Shown: positions 23,407-35,839 of the stretch, one piece after another
Numbering within the stretch: position 1 is the first letter of the stretch
How the letters are laid out: each line of letters starts with the position of its first letter
Assembly: GCA_040143965.1 (NCBI GenBank)
Contig: JASJQH010000026.1
Coordinates: forward strand, 1 to 45,315
Direction: 5' to 3'
Source of the DNA: Basidiobolus ranarum
Taxonomy: Eukaryota
Length of the DNA: 45,315 nucleotides
Translations under genes and position numbers: made by a program
Notes under the pieces: model-generated
The model's database searches: none
Seen by the model: the letters and a program-made list of their open reading frames with translations, nothing else
Told to the model about the DNA's origin: nothing

Positions 23407-24748
23407 TTACTTTTTCAAGAAGCCTGCAGTATGAAGAGCATCGGCGAGATCCTCAATTAAATCATCAGCATCTTCAATACCGACACAGAGGCGGATTAGA
23501 TCTTCTGGTAAAGCTCTCTCTTTTCTAATATGTGCAGGGATGCTAGCGTGAGACATACGACATGGCATACTATAAGAAATAAGGATTAGTTCGCGTGTCT
23601 ACATTGTCAAATAAATACCCACTCCAACACTAACCTAATCAAAGAATTAACGCAACCAAAACTAACGCTGATAGCCCATAACGTAACGGCCTCAACTATA
23701 CGTTCACTCATCTCAACATCTCCGGTTGTAAAACTAAGTACAGCTCCAGCACCTCGAGCCATTGTATGATGAAGATCATATTGGGGGTGGGAACGTAACC
23801 CAGGATACAGCACCTTGAGACCCTTGTTCTCAAGGAACTCTGCTATACGCATGGTATTCGCTTGCTGTCTATCCATACGTAAGCCCAATGTTTTGATTCC
23901 ACGTAAAAGTAGCCAACAATCGAATGGAGCTAAACCGCAACCAGAAGAATTGATAACAAAGAAAACTCTCTTTGCAACTTCTTCATCTTTCACGCCGATG
24001 ATACCTGCCATTAAATCATGATGACCGCTGAGGTATTTTGTGCCCGAGTGATAAGATATATCGGCACCCAGCTCCAAAGGCTTTTGCAAGTAAGGAGACA
24101 TCATGGTGTTGTCAACAACTACCAGAGCATTTGGACAGTAGCGATGAACCATTTGCGAGATAGTAGGAATATCGGCAATTTTGATCAAAGGATTGGTGGG
24201 GGTTTCAAGAAGGACTAGACGAGTTTTCTCGGGGTTGAGAACTGGCTCGATACATGCAGGATTAGTGGTATCAACGTGATGCACTGTAATGTTCGAATGC
24301 TCCTTGAGATAAGTAAGCAATCTGTTACTGCCACCATACAAATCATCCCCTGCAATAATCTCATCGCCAGAATTTACCAAGCGAGTAATGACGTCTAAGG
24401 CTGTCATGCCAGTACTAACTGCGAAAGCTTTCTTTGCGCTCATAATTTTAGCCATGTGTCTTTCTATTTGAATTGGAAATATTTAATATCAACAGATGAT
24501 AATCCTAATAAAGATAAAATATACCAACCTAATTGTGTTCTAGTAGGATTACCAGAACGGGTGTAATCATACTCCCCCATATCATGAATGGAGGGCTGTT
24601 TAAATGTAGCAGTCTGATAAATGGGAACGGAAGCAGCGTGGTATGGATCACGCACACCATTGCCATCTGAATTGTCAATGAATACCAATTCAGTAGCAGG
24701 CTTGTATTTCTTCGGTGCTATGGTATTGCTGGACGATGCGACAGTCAT
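23407..24748 (-). CDS. STR3: Cystathionine beta-lyase (Cys/Met metabolism PLP enzyme)
   Basis: Exons ~24748-24529, 24463-23635 and 23569-23407. Motifs SVPIYQTATFKQ, YDYTRSGNPTR, GDDLYGG, ETPTNP, DNTMMSP, the PLP-lysine motif SGTKYLSGHHD, ISVSFGCVNSLISMPC and LIRLCVGIED. Confidence 0.92.
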
Positions 24749-24868
24749 GGTTTAGTAATAATGAAGAGTGTGGATATAGCAATCAAGTACCAGTCCATCA
24801 ACTTATACCTCAATTCGTTCGGAATCTTGCGAATTTTTCTTACTTGGGATTGGCTGGCTCTCATGCTG

Positions 24869-25183
24869 ATGACTCCGATGTTCAACTTCAAGTAACATTA
24901 CTATGTTGAAGCCGTATATGCATCTAGTTCTACGTTGAAATCATTGAGTAATCTATCTGAAAATATGATCATGGTGAGTCAAAATTATTGCAAATTGATC
25001 AGATTAAGATTGATCATTTTGTTTCATGTGATCCGACATCTTTCCTGTATTTTGTAGCGAATTGCTGTCATTCATGGTAACGACTTTTTCTCTAATCACA
25101 AATAGGTTAATTGAACATCATATTCGTCATCGCTCAAGCCTCATCATCCACATTAAGGGTTGAGTATAATGAAAGTGACTCAT
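24869..25183. promoter_or_regulatory. Cluster of Gcn4/CpcA(AP-1)-like bZIP sites upstream of cystathionine beta-lyase
   Basis: ATGACTCC at 24869, TGAGTCA at 24975-24981 and GTGACTCAT at 25175-25183, all within ~440 bp of the ATG. Confidence 0.45.
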
Positions 25184-25965
25184 ACTCCCTCTTGTCAAGC
25201 TTGTGTTACACTCCATTACCTACTATACACACCCCTTGAGGACCAATTCTTTTTTTCACCATATATCCAATACACAAAAGCTACGACAAGGTAATTTACT
25301 TTATGGAACTTTATATCTTACCACATCCTACGACAGACGTAGTAGGACGAGATAAAGACTAAAATTTATTATTCTAACAGAACTTCAAGGATGATAAAAT
25401 CGTCCAGGAAATAAAATTAGAAGTTATTACGACAGTAAAGAAATTCAGGATCAAATATCTTCACGCTGATGTTACTAGGGCAAGGGAGTTGTGATACTCC
25501 AAGCCAAAGTAATGAAGAACAGAGAATTTCGCACCTCAGTGAGCACAGTACGAAAAAATTATCTGGTAAACAGATAATTCGGAGGGACTTGGTGTGAACC
25601 GGGCTTGGACACCTGGCTCAGACTTGAAAAGAAGGGGGACAAATCATCTAACTCACTAAAAGTAAACCCAAATATTACAGAAATGTCCGGGTCAAAGAGA
25701 TCGTAAGATAAAAGAGGAACAAAAATATGACATAGAAAGAAATCTGAGAAAAAGTCAACTCAGATACCAAAGAGTCTAAAACTCACGAATTAAAGAGAAA
25801 TAAAAATCAAACATATACTACTTCTTCTGTAAAGAGAGCATGTAATATAAACATTGACGAAGCAACAAATATTCATGTAGGGCAGTAGGCACTACCACCA
25901 CAGGAATTAAACACAAAGAGATTCATAAGGACAGTATATATATACAGATTCCCTTGGGAACCCCT

Positions 25966-26859
25966 CTAAGCCGGAACGAAGATGGAAGTTTGAGGCAAGC
26001 CTAAGGAATCCGGAGGGAAACCCTGGTAATAGGGCAGATTATAGGTGGGGTAGTACTGATCATACACAGGACGAACCTCCGGATAATAACAAGGAGCAGT
26101 ATTATACACTTGAGGGGCTGATGAAAATCCGTTACTGCCACCGTTCAAGAGACTTAACAATTTTTGTGATCTGAGACGAAGGTCATTCTCAGGTACAAAA
26201 GGTTGAGGAGAAACATTAATGGTAGATTGTTGATAAGTAGAGGTGAGACCCAGCTCGTTGTAGGTATGAGTTGAGGTGGAAGGTGATTTATGTACAGGAC
26301 TTTTAGGGCTGGACAAACGACCATTGAACACTGGTACGGGTAGCGCATCTGGAGTAGGAGCGTTACTGAAAGTAGGACCAGCATAAAGACCTTTCTTGGA
26401 GTCCCGGTTTGGGTTGCGACGAGGTGAAAGTTCTTCGTCGGAAATTAGATCTGGAGTGGTTTCACGGCTAATGTTTCTAGGACTAGCACCAGATTTATGC
26501 TTTCTATAAATGTCATCTGAGAGAAAAGAATTACGTGGGGGAGTAGAAACTTCAAAACTATCCGAGTCAGATGAGTAGGGACTGATGCCTTCTTCCTTGG
26601 AAACGAGAATACGACGAGGTGATTGCTTATTGCCATTGAATTTTGTTGATGGCGAATGAGGAGTGGGCAAAAATTTCCTCTGAGGACTGGTATAGTCATT
26701 GTTCTTGGGGTACGAAATTTTAGGGGGAGTTTGGGGAGCGTTTCTTGGACGACTTGTGTTCTCATGCTTTGGTGAAGATTGAGCCTGATGGTTACGGCGA
26801 GCATGATTTTTCGTGGGTGTTCTTGGGGAAGAATGCTTTTGGAATCTTGAAGTCTCCAT
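25966..26859 (-). CDS. PNRC/Edc1-motif protein (probable mRNA decapping activator), intrinsically disordered
   Basis: 297-aa Ser/Pro-rich ORF containing YAGPTFSNAPTPDALPVPVF, which matches the YAGxxF...LPxP motif of PNRC2/Edc1 proteins. A probable 5'-UTR intron lies at ~27047-26931. Confidence 0.8.
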   Translation of the reverse strand: METSRFQKHSSPRTPTKNHARRNHQAQSSPKHENTSRPRNAPQTPPKISYPKNNDYTSPQRKFLPTPHSPSTKFNGNKQSPRRILVSKEEGISPYSSDSDSFEVSTPPRNSFLSDDIYRKHKSGASPRNISRETTPDLISDEELSPRRNPNRDSKKGLYAGPTFSNAPTPDALPVPVFNGRLSSPKSPVHKSPSTSTHTYNELGLTSTYQQSTINVSPQPFVPENDLRLRSQKLLSLLNGGSNGFSSAPQVYNTAPCYYPEVRPVYDQYYPTYNLPYYQGFPPDSLGLPQTSIFVPA

Positions 26860-29556
26860 TATGCGATCAATAAGTTTTAATAATTTGATAAGTGGTAAAC
26901 GAACTGAAGTTCAATGTCATAAAACGCCAACTAAGGTTGAACGGGTGCGTGTGTAGAACCAAAAAAGAATCAAGAGCGTTGTTTCGTTGTTGCGTTAACA
27001 ATACAGTAAAATCGCCAGTTTAAAGGGTGCCTTGGAACGAAACGTACGCGAAAGTAGAATAAAAATTAAATTTACACTACAAAAGGGAACGCAAGAAAAG
27101 GAACGAGGGAGTTTTTTTGGATTTTTTTTTAACTTTTAAGAGTAAATGAGGAAAAGTTATGGTTGTCTAAAGTATAGACTGAAGAGTCAGCGAAAGAGGA
27201 CGGAAAAAAGATAATGAAGCAATATCACAAGAGAAAATGCAGAGGAGGATTAGTATTGCTTATATCTAAAATGATCCGACCTTCAAACGATGGTGATTGG
27301 ATGAAGAGGAGTATTGATCTAGTCAATTCCAAAGTAAAACCAAGAGGTGAAGAATCTGTATTCATTTGCTATATTTAATTTTACTCTATATATATTATCC
27401 GTAGAGTGATTTCAATATATTGCTAATCTGAAAGAAATACCCCAATTTTAGGGCTGTATATAGACTTTTTATTTGCAGGATTGAGGTTTGATATGTACCC
27501 ATTATTTTATTCATCAGATGATTGCTTATCTTGGATCCGATCATATTTAGCTAAAAACCATTATATTTATAATCGGAAGTGGAAGGAAGCCTTTCTGTTG
27601 AGATTATCACCAATCCTGGGTTTCTGTACACATTTGGCTGAAGATGATCGAATGAACTCCATTTTTGAGGAAATCATATAGGACTGCGTGTACAGCTTCA
27701 GTACGAGTGATTGGAGCTTAGCAGGAGACTCGATCCATGATTTAATCCGAAGGTTCTTTATAGTCCTTCTTGAAAAGGACTTACATTGAACTTTTGGACT
27801 AATCCCCATTCTTCGTAATCCTAGTGCCACCAATGGGAGTAGCCAATGGCCAGCTGCGCCAAACATTTTTAAAGGATATCAGTAAAGTAAAGATATATTG
27901 ATCATTTGTAGAGTCTCAGGCATTGAAACACTTTGGTTTATCGTTTCAGCTCATATATATTAGATACAAGTTTAACTTGACTGTAGTAGAATGTGTAACT
28001 GATGACTTGCACGTCGCATTGATGCATATGACTAGGGATTAGTTAAATGCAACTAAACTCAGTGTGAGTAAGTTTACTTAAATTCATCAAGCGCTGAGTG
28101 ACACGCAAGAAGGCCAACACCACAATCACGCCCGCGAGTCATGAGATGTTGGAGAGTTCATGTCATGACATCAACTGTGAGTTCCGGTCTGGTGGAGAGC
28201 ATATACTTGAACCATTATGGCAAGTATCGAAACGTTCCAAACGTGAAATCAATGTGGTTATGTGTTCCACATCTTGGAACAATGGATACCAACAGGAGGG
28301 GAATGCATATATTCGACCGAGATAGTCTCTCCCGCATATACCTGTCCCCCCATTTCCATTCTCATTGAGGCGAAAAAAAAAGTAGGAGGATGGAGACGGG
28401 TAAATTGGGAGCTTTCAAATAGCTTGTGCCACTGTATACACGTTAAGCAGGTTCTCAAGAGTGAAAAAATTTACCATTGGTCACGTCCCTTAAACAGAAA
28501 GCTGCTGTGTATAAAATAAAAACCATTTTGTTTATTAAACAAATTCATTCAACATTTCAATTGGCCCCAACCACAGTCACGGCTTAGCGGAGGATTTTGT
28601 CATGTCCGTACAATAACTGAAACGCGAGTATTTGGGGAAGTGATGACTCATGATACTTTTCTTTTCATCTCGTTTATCATTTATACAAGCTAATCATATC
28701 CCATTCATGTGATATGGCGAGATTTCGAAGCCTCGTTTCTATTTTTGGCAATTTACATCTTTTGCGAGTGGCAGAACTTTATCCGCTGAAAGGTTCCCAT
28801 ATGAGCGTTTACTAGTAGCTGAAGGGTTCCCAAAGGAGATTCATTACACAAGCACGGAAATGGTGGGATTATAAGGAATTCAAATAGTTAGATCTAGGGT
28901 GCGGAAGGATTAGGATTAGGGTTAGATTCATGAAATTAATTAAACTAGAATCAAATTAATTAACCCTAATGGTGCCTAGGATTAGGCCATATCTATGTTA
29001 CCATACTATGTTTGATGTTCCAAGCGGTCTCATATAGCGCTTAAAACCGAAGATCATTGGTATTGCATAGCCTATCACTGGTGCAACCATAGCTCTACGT
29101 AATGAGCAGTCCCTGCGTCTAGTCAAGGGTTGGCAAGTGTACATTGAATACATCATGCCTAGTGTTACATCCTCAGTTTGATCAGTTATGACATATTCTA
29201 CGGAGTTGAATCGTTGTATAGAACCATATTTTCTACAAGTGGCATTTGCTTTTGACAGAAATATATTAATCAGGGATTATCTATGACAAATTGATATGAT
29301 CTTAGAAGGGAAGTAGATTTTAGGCTCAATTTGGTGAAAAGTCATTGGCAATATAAACAACAATAAGATATATACACTTCTATTTGATCTTTCAGCTGCT
29401 TTGTTGCAGATGTAACTAATGAGAATAGTATGATGAGAAAAGTAGCAAAAACCCGAACGATATGGTGGTGAATGGGTAATTAATTTTGGAGCAGAGGAAT
29501 TGTCCCATGATGCTTATACATCTGTCATATGGAATACTAACCAACGCAAGTAACTT

Positions 29557-30966
29557 TCAAGCAATCTCTTTAATGGATGTTTCTTGGTCTTCTATATTGG
29601 ATAGCATGGTGGTTGAGTCTGCAGCGTTGAGTTCTTGATTATTATGAATGCGCATATGTTGGTGGAGATTGTCAGAGCGAGAAAAGCCTTTGGCACAGCC
29701 CTCCAAAGGGCAGACGTACGGACGTTCACCTGTATGGGTGCGGACGTGGCGTTTAAGATGTTCATAGCGTTTAAACTTGCGCCCGCACATGTCAAATGAA
29801 CACACATAGTTCCGTTTGTCTTTATTTGGTGGCTGATTTTTTGTTTGATTAGGAGTGGCATACGGCTTGCCCATAGTCCATGTACAACTATTCAACATCA
29901 AATTTCGGCGTCTTTGTTTGTACGCTGGCGAACCCTCAAATAAATTCATCACATTTAGTAGTTGTCCCATTTGTCCCTGTGACGAGACACCATATGTTTT
30001 CATTTCTTCAGATAGAGACCAGTCATTGGGTGCAGTAGTGACTTCTTCCTCGAATAAATTTGATTCCAACATAAAGTGCGACGAGCTCAATAATGGTTTG
30101 CTTGTTATTTCCGCATTGGATTGCTTTGAAATCTCCATATTCGGTAGATATACAGGCTCAGGAGTAGGGAAGAAGTCGCTGTGTTGTGCTTGAGTGGACG
30201 GTGTACTGGGACTTTGTTGTTCGGCCACAAAGTTCAACAGTGAGTCTTGTGAAAGAGGTCCTAAATCTTGGGGATTATTGAGGTGTTCCAGAAAAGAAAA
30301 TGATTTTGTTTCGTCACAGATGTTATCAGAGATCCAGTTGTCAATAAGGGAATCTCCATCCTGAAAGAAAATTCGCGAATCCGTTTGAGCAGAAGCTGAA
30401 ACTGGAGTCTGCGCTTCGTTCATGTCATCCGATGACTCACTTACTGAGGGGTTCATGGTAGGCGGGGGGGAGGATAGTGTACTTATCGTACTTGGATTCT
30501 GAGGAGTCAGTGCGGCAGTTGTAGATTCCATTCCCAGTGCCTCTCGTTTAAGGTCCCGTTCTAAAGCGTCCATAAAGAGGCGGTCATGCGGAACAGAATA
30601 CCAAAAGAACACCTTTTGCTTCTTCTGAGTTCTAATGGAGTTATTTTTATACAACATCTCTAAAAATTCCGATCGTGGTTCTTCCAACGTTGCATCCATA
30701 CCTGGCTTTAAGTTGCGTAAATCACTAAACACCCCTTCTTCGAACTTTTTCATATTCTTCACTGGCCTGTTGAAGACTTGGAAACGAAACACCAAACAGC
30801 GAACAATATCAGTTCCTGTGATATGGAAAAGGTTGTTCCAGAGCACACAAGATATATATTCGCCATTGGGCAACATAAATCTTCGAATCGGTTGTTCAGG
30901 GCTCCAATTAGTAGGAGCGGTTGCTAAGAAATATTTTAGTTGTTCTAAAGCAGCCTGATTTTCCAT
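29557..30966 (-). CDS. STE12: Ste12/SteA transcription factor (STE domain + two C2H2 zinc fingers)
   Basis: Intronless. STE domain [12 protein letters not shown]...ITGTDIVR...[17 protein letters not shown]...[32 protein letters not shown]; conserved [13 protein letters not shown]; two C2H2 fingers joined by an HTGERPY linker. Confidence 0.96.
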   Translation of the reverse strand: MENQAALEQLKYFLATAPTNWSPEQPIRRFMLPNGEYISCVLWNNLFHITGTDIVRCLVFRFQVFNRPVKNMKKFEEGVFSDLRNLKPGMDATLEEPRSEFLEMLYKNNSIRTQKKQKVFFWYSVPHDRLFMDALERDLKREALGMESTTAALTPQNPSTISTLSSPPPTMNPSVSESSDDMNEAQTPVSASAQTDSRIFFQDGDSLIDNWISDNICDETKSFSFLEHLNNPQDLGPLSQDSLLNFVAEQQSPSTPSTQAQHSDFFPTPEPVYLPNMEISKQSNAEITSKPLLSSSHFMLESNLFEEEVTTAPNDWSLSEEMKTYGVSSQGQMGQLLNVMNLFEGSPAYKQRRRNLMLNSCTWTMGKPYATPNQTKNQPPNKDKRNYVCSFDMCGRKFKRYEHLKRHVRTHTGERPYVCPLEGCAKGFSRSDNLHQHMRIHNNQELNAADSTTMLSNIEDQETSIKEIA

Positions 30967-32435
30967 GGTTGAGATTGTTTATCGAGAGAGTTTGAAACAA
31001 GATAGGAAGAAAATGGATAGAAGGTTATTTTAAAACTCAAGAAACGTCTATTTACTATACAATGGATGGGACGAAGAACCATAGAAGTGAGTCTACTAAA
31101 GCCGAAACATGAACTATTTATGAGAACATGGGAGACAACCCGTATGTAAGTAACCCCGTGGTTAAACACTAGGATTTACATACATGACTTCGCCTGCTTA
31201 TGCTCTTCAAATTTAACATTGCTACAGACATAAAACAAACATGACCAGTATCGCTGATTCTTGTTTAATATGGACTGATTGTTATGTTCTACTGAAGATG
31301 CTATTCCTATGCGCAATCCTAATGGTAATGTAATTAGCAGCATTTAGCAAAGGTTCGACTTGAGTGGCATTCTTCGCAGAGCGTGAGGGTAGGAGTGAGG
31401 GTTAGATCATAGTCATTCTATTCGCTTTTCGCATAGGTTAGATGAAAGTGTGTCGATCTGCTAGCTTTAATGCAGCACGACATACATGCAGTTCAACAAA
31501 CACCGATCTGCGAGTTGTACATCTAGTGATTTCCACCTTTTCAGGGCCAGTAGTGCAGTTTGATCTCAATCAGCTTAGAGGGGTTTTAATACTTCCATAC
31601 TTGTACATCACACGTGGATATTAATGACTTCCTGAGGGATAGGACCATGTTCCTAGGGGCTTGAAAGGAAAGTGATTTTATAGGAGGAGTTTATCAGGAG
31701 TCATACAACTATGACCAACCCTAACCCTATCGTTGTATAGCTTAAATGCTGTATTATGCCTACAAATCATCTGTCACAACCTTTCTATTCAGTTTGTCTG
31801 CATTCCAATTTTATATTATATGATGATGGTAAGAAGGTCTGTACAGTAAGTTACTCGGATAGAATACGCCACTCATAAGTAAATAGAATAACAATAAGCC
31901 ACCTTGGTGGGCAAACAATCAGAATAATGGTCACATACCCGTATCCGTACCCGTTCCCGTCCTTACTAAGTTGATGCTGAACGAATAATAAAACAGGCGG
32001 ATATTTCCCTGGAAGCACGCATGATTCCGGTTTGATATCATTGCCGTTAGGACATTTATTCAATATTTTCATGTCGTTGTGTTAGCTCATGTATAAACGT
32101 CCATTGAATGTTTAGGCCGATAATTTCCCGTTCACACCACTTTTACTGCTTTTGATAGTAAGGTCGCTCAGTTTCTTGTTTATCGTAGGGTGTAAGGTGT
32201 ATGTTTAACGTCATGGTGATCCCAAAGACATTCACTTGCTTAATGACCAAAATATTTCCTCAAAGTCATTGTGGTCAGATGAATTCGTGGTGCATCGTTT
32301 CTATGTTGATGCAGTTTCAACCTATTGATAGGCGATGATAGCCATACTAACACAAACGAATAAATACTGTCAAATCGTCTATTGCTGTCCAATACTTTTC
32401 TTTATCAAGTGATTTATTCGCAAGCAAAATACAAC

Positions 32436-33489
32436 ATGTCTAAACTTCATCTCGTATCCTTTCTGGTTGCTGGCTTTTTGAGTAGCTGTGTTCACTCTGG
32501 ACCAATTTACTTCGCTACTAAAACTCCTGCTTACTATCCTTTAAAAGATATATTTATTCCTCCTTCGAAAGACTCTTCGACTGTACAAATCCAAGAGTTT
32601 GAGCTTGATGGTGCTACCGATAGATTGATCGTTGTAGGGGACTTGCATGGTAGCCTTGAGTACTTCAATGATCTTTTGAAGAAAATCGATTTTGATCCGA
32701 AGATTGACAGAGTTGTCCTAGCTGGCGATATCACATTCAAGGGGCCTGATTCCCTGGGAGTGTTGAGAAGAGCAAAGGAGATCGGCGCCAAATGTGTACG
32801 TGGTAATCACGACCACGCATTGCTTCAATGGAAGAACTTTCTACGTAAACTGTCCCCAACGGACAACCATGCTGAATATGAATTCCCAGCCGACTTAACC
32901 CTAACACAATACTATTCTATTGCAGCGTATGTACTTGACCATTATTTTACTTTGTGATGACTTACTTCTCCCTGTTTATGATTTGTGAATTCCACACCCT
33001 TCACTTTTTTTAGCTAACAATGAGTGTACGTTCGGAACTAATCATTCAATATCTTTTCCTGTATCTAGTGAGATGGATCAGGAGCTTTATGATTATCTTC
33101 TGAGCTGCTCCATCATTCTTTCCGTTCCGAAGTACTCGGTTTATGTAATGCATGCTGGGGTAGATCCCTCGAAGCCACTAGAATCTCAGGATCCGAATGT
33201 TGTGATGAATATTAAGAATATCCTAGCGGACGGAACTCCCACACGAGGAAAGTTCGTTGGGGAGAATTGGTCGGTAGCATGGAACGCAAAACAAAGTAAA
33301 TCCAAGAATCCAGTCACGATAGTGTACGGGCATCAGGCATCACTCGGCTTGAATATAAAACCGTACTCCAAAGGTTTGGATACCGGATGTGTGTATGGTG
33401 GTCAACTGACAGCTATGGTCTTTCCCGGAGAAAAAATTGTAAGCGTGAATTGTAATCGCACGCAAGCGGTATTGGAGTACAATGATTGA
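32436..33489 (+). CDS. Calcineurin-like metallophosphoesterase, Ppn2/ApaH-like (endopolyphosphatase or Ap4A hydrolase-like)
   Basis: Exons 32436-32926 and 33069-33489. Motifs GDLHG, GDITFKGPDS, RGNHD, HAG, YGH and LDTGCVYGGQLTA. Hydrophobic N-terminus MSKLHLVSFLVAGFLSSCVHS. Confidence 0.88.
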
Positions 33490-33693
33490 TGATTTTGCAC
33501 ATGCTTGTTTCACCTCCCCTTCTTACTTATACTATAGAATACTAATAGAGTCGATATAATCTAGATGAACTATATATAATCCCCACTTGCTTTATTATTC
33601 GTTGTTTAGTTGGAACCTTGCTATATATACCCTAATAAAATCCTTATTACCTGAGATTGCCACTACAACATATATATATATATGTAATGATGT

Positions 33694-33752
33694 ATTTAGT
33701 CGGCGTTGGAAATATAGCATTTAGCTGGTGTTGGGAGTATAGCATTTAGTCA
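33694..33752. repeat. Degenerate 25-bp tandem repeat (~2.3 copies)
   Basis: ATTTAGTCGGCGTTGGAAATATAGC / ATTTAGCTGGTGTTGGGAGTATAGC / ATTTAGTCA at 33694, 33719 and 33744. Confidence 0.7.
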
Positions 33753-34005
33753 GTAAGACTGCCATCCACTTGCCATTCTCATTCAAGTGGGTCAGTTCCG
33801 TGACTGCACCTCATGACTAGTTGTCATCATAAATATCTAGCCTGAAATCATTGATACACAGCATATTTGATATCGCCCCAATTTTTAGTCAATAGCTTAA
33901 CTCCATATATGAATAAAACTGTAGATGAAAGCAAGTCTTCGTTTCTCTTCGATACTGTCTGCTCTATACTCTTCATCACGTTGAACTAGACCTAGTGTTA
34001 AGAAA

Positions 34006-35839
34006 ATGTTTCGTAGATTGCCAAGTATCTCCAATTCACTCTGTAAACATGCCTTTAGTGGTGTTAAAGTTCCAACTCGAGGCTTAATAGTAGGTTTTAT
34101 CTTATTGTATCAAATCTATCGGTTTTCTCATTTATGAAGAATTTAAAAAAATAGAATACTGCCGGTATTGAAAAAGCTCATTGTGCCTTGTTATTCCCTG
34201 GTAAATAGAAGTCTTTACTCTCCCGAAACTCGATCTCTTGAACTGTTAGAGTAAACATTAGCTACTTTATAGGTCAAGGAGCTCAATACATCGGTATGGG
34301 GAAAGATTTATATAACGAATTTCCAGCAGCGAAGAGAGTATTTGACGAAGTAAATGATACATTGAGTTTAAATTTGAGCGAATTGATGTTCGATGGAGAA
34401 GCGGTATGAGATATTAAATTCAACTTCAACTTTACAGAAGCTCTATCTTCATTAATAAACTGACATTAACAACCGATTTTAGGAGGAGCTCACACTTACC
34501 AAGAATGCACAACCAGCTATCCTAGCACATTCTATTGCGATATTGAGAGTTTTAGAGGTAACTTAATATCTCCTAAATTTTGCTTCCACCCCAACTCGCC
34601 ATTTATATATATTCAACCATACCTCTTCCTCGGCTTTTCTTTCTAGGAAGAATTCGCGTTTAAAATTGAAGAAATTTCCTCATATGTATTAGGTCACTCA
34701 CTAGGTGAATATACTGCTTTGGTTGCAGCTAAATCACTATCTCTAGCCGACGCAGTGAAGTTGGTAGTACGTACCTTACTTCACACTTGATATTGTCTAA
34801 ATCTCTCTTGGTGTAAATTAACAGTAGTTTAACTTAAAATTTTAACATACATTTTCAGAGGCTAAGAGGTCAAGCGATGCAAGAAAGTGTTTCAGGTCAA
34901 AACCCTACCGCCATGTCCGCACTAGTCATTCGTAAAAAGAAGATAGAAGAGATTGAAGTAGCTTTGGAGAACTTTAGAAAAGAGTTACCTGAAGGTGAAC
35001 ACGTTCAATTAGCCAACATCAACTCGGTATGTGAATATTTCTTGCGAAATATCTTTGAACTCTTTTAACGTTGACAACTAACCTCCGGGGGACTCACTGT
35101 TTTTTTATCGTTTATATATTTAGTCTTTCCAAGTAGGTCACTTTAATTTATTTTTGAGAATATTTCATTGAACATCATATCCATATACATACAAAGGTGG
35201 TCATCAGTGGCACAAGTAAAGGTGTTGATGCCGCATCTCACTACCTTCAGGTAGAAAGAATGGCAGCAAGAGCAGTCGATCTTCCAGTCTCGTAAGTCAC
35301 GTGGTTCATCATAATATTAACCCGCCGCGATATTTAAATGAATTATCTATAGGGCACCCTTTCATTGTGATTTGATGAAGCCAGCAGCTGAGGTGATGAA
35401 AGAGGCATTAAAAGCCATTGAATTTAAAGAGCCGATAGTCAATGTGATTGCCAATGTCACTGGAAAACCGGTAAGAACGAACCAATGAAATAATCCAACA
35501 CACATATATCTATCTATGGACCTTATTCTACTCCCTATTTCTTGAAAAGTCCACTCAATTAACCGAAGGAAATTTCAATAACATCCGAACTAGATAAAAT
35601 CCAAGGAGGAAATACCAGAACTATTGTATCAACAAGTCACCGGTACCGTTCAATGGCATCGTAGTATTCAATACTGCAAGACGGCTGCGATCGATGATTG
35701 GGTTTCTTTTGGACCAGGTAGAGTGTTAGCGAATTTGATAAAAAAGGAACACCCTTTGGATAAGATTAGACCAATCACTTCAGCGGATGACATATTTACC
35801 CATGCTGAGTATTTTAAATTGGCAACTAAAAGCACTTGA
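34006..35839 (+). CDS. MCT1: Mitochondrial malonyl-CoA:ACP transacylase (FabD/Mct1)
   Basis: Ten exons: 34006-34089, 34155-34200, 34273-34403, 34483-34557, 34647-34766, 34859-35026, 35124-35132, 35197-35291, 35353-35470, 35594-35839. Motifs LFPGQGAQ, NAQPAI, catalytic GHSLGEY, RLRGQAM, ANINSSFQVVISG, VSAPFHC and FGPGRVL. Arg-rich presequence-like N-terminus. Confidence 0.93.

Noticed and set aside
27481-28519. Short ORFs (66-99 aa) in the PNRC-STE12 intergenic region and a 7-bp hairpin at 28263-28281
   Set aside because: No domain motifs or consistent splice structure; a 7-bp stem is expected by chance.
30993-30999. TGAAACA (Ste12 pheromone-response element) just upstream of STE12, suggesting autoregulation
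   Set aside because: It is a single 7-mer only ~30 nt from the ATG. The same word occurs at unrelated places (e.g. 25020, 27924, 44856), consistent with chance in AT-rich DNA.
32382-32435. Upstream in-frame extension of the phosphoesterase ORF from a non-ATG start
   Set aside because: The ORF track uses TTG/GTG starts. The ATG at 32436 has good context (ACAACATG) and begins the signal peptide.
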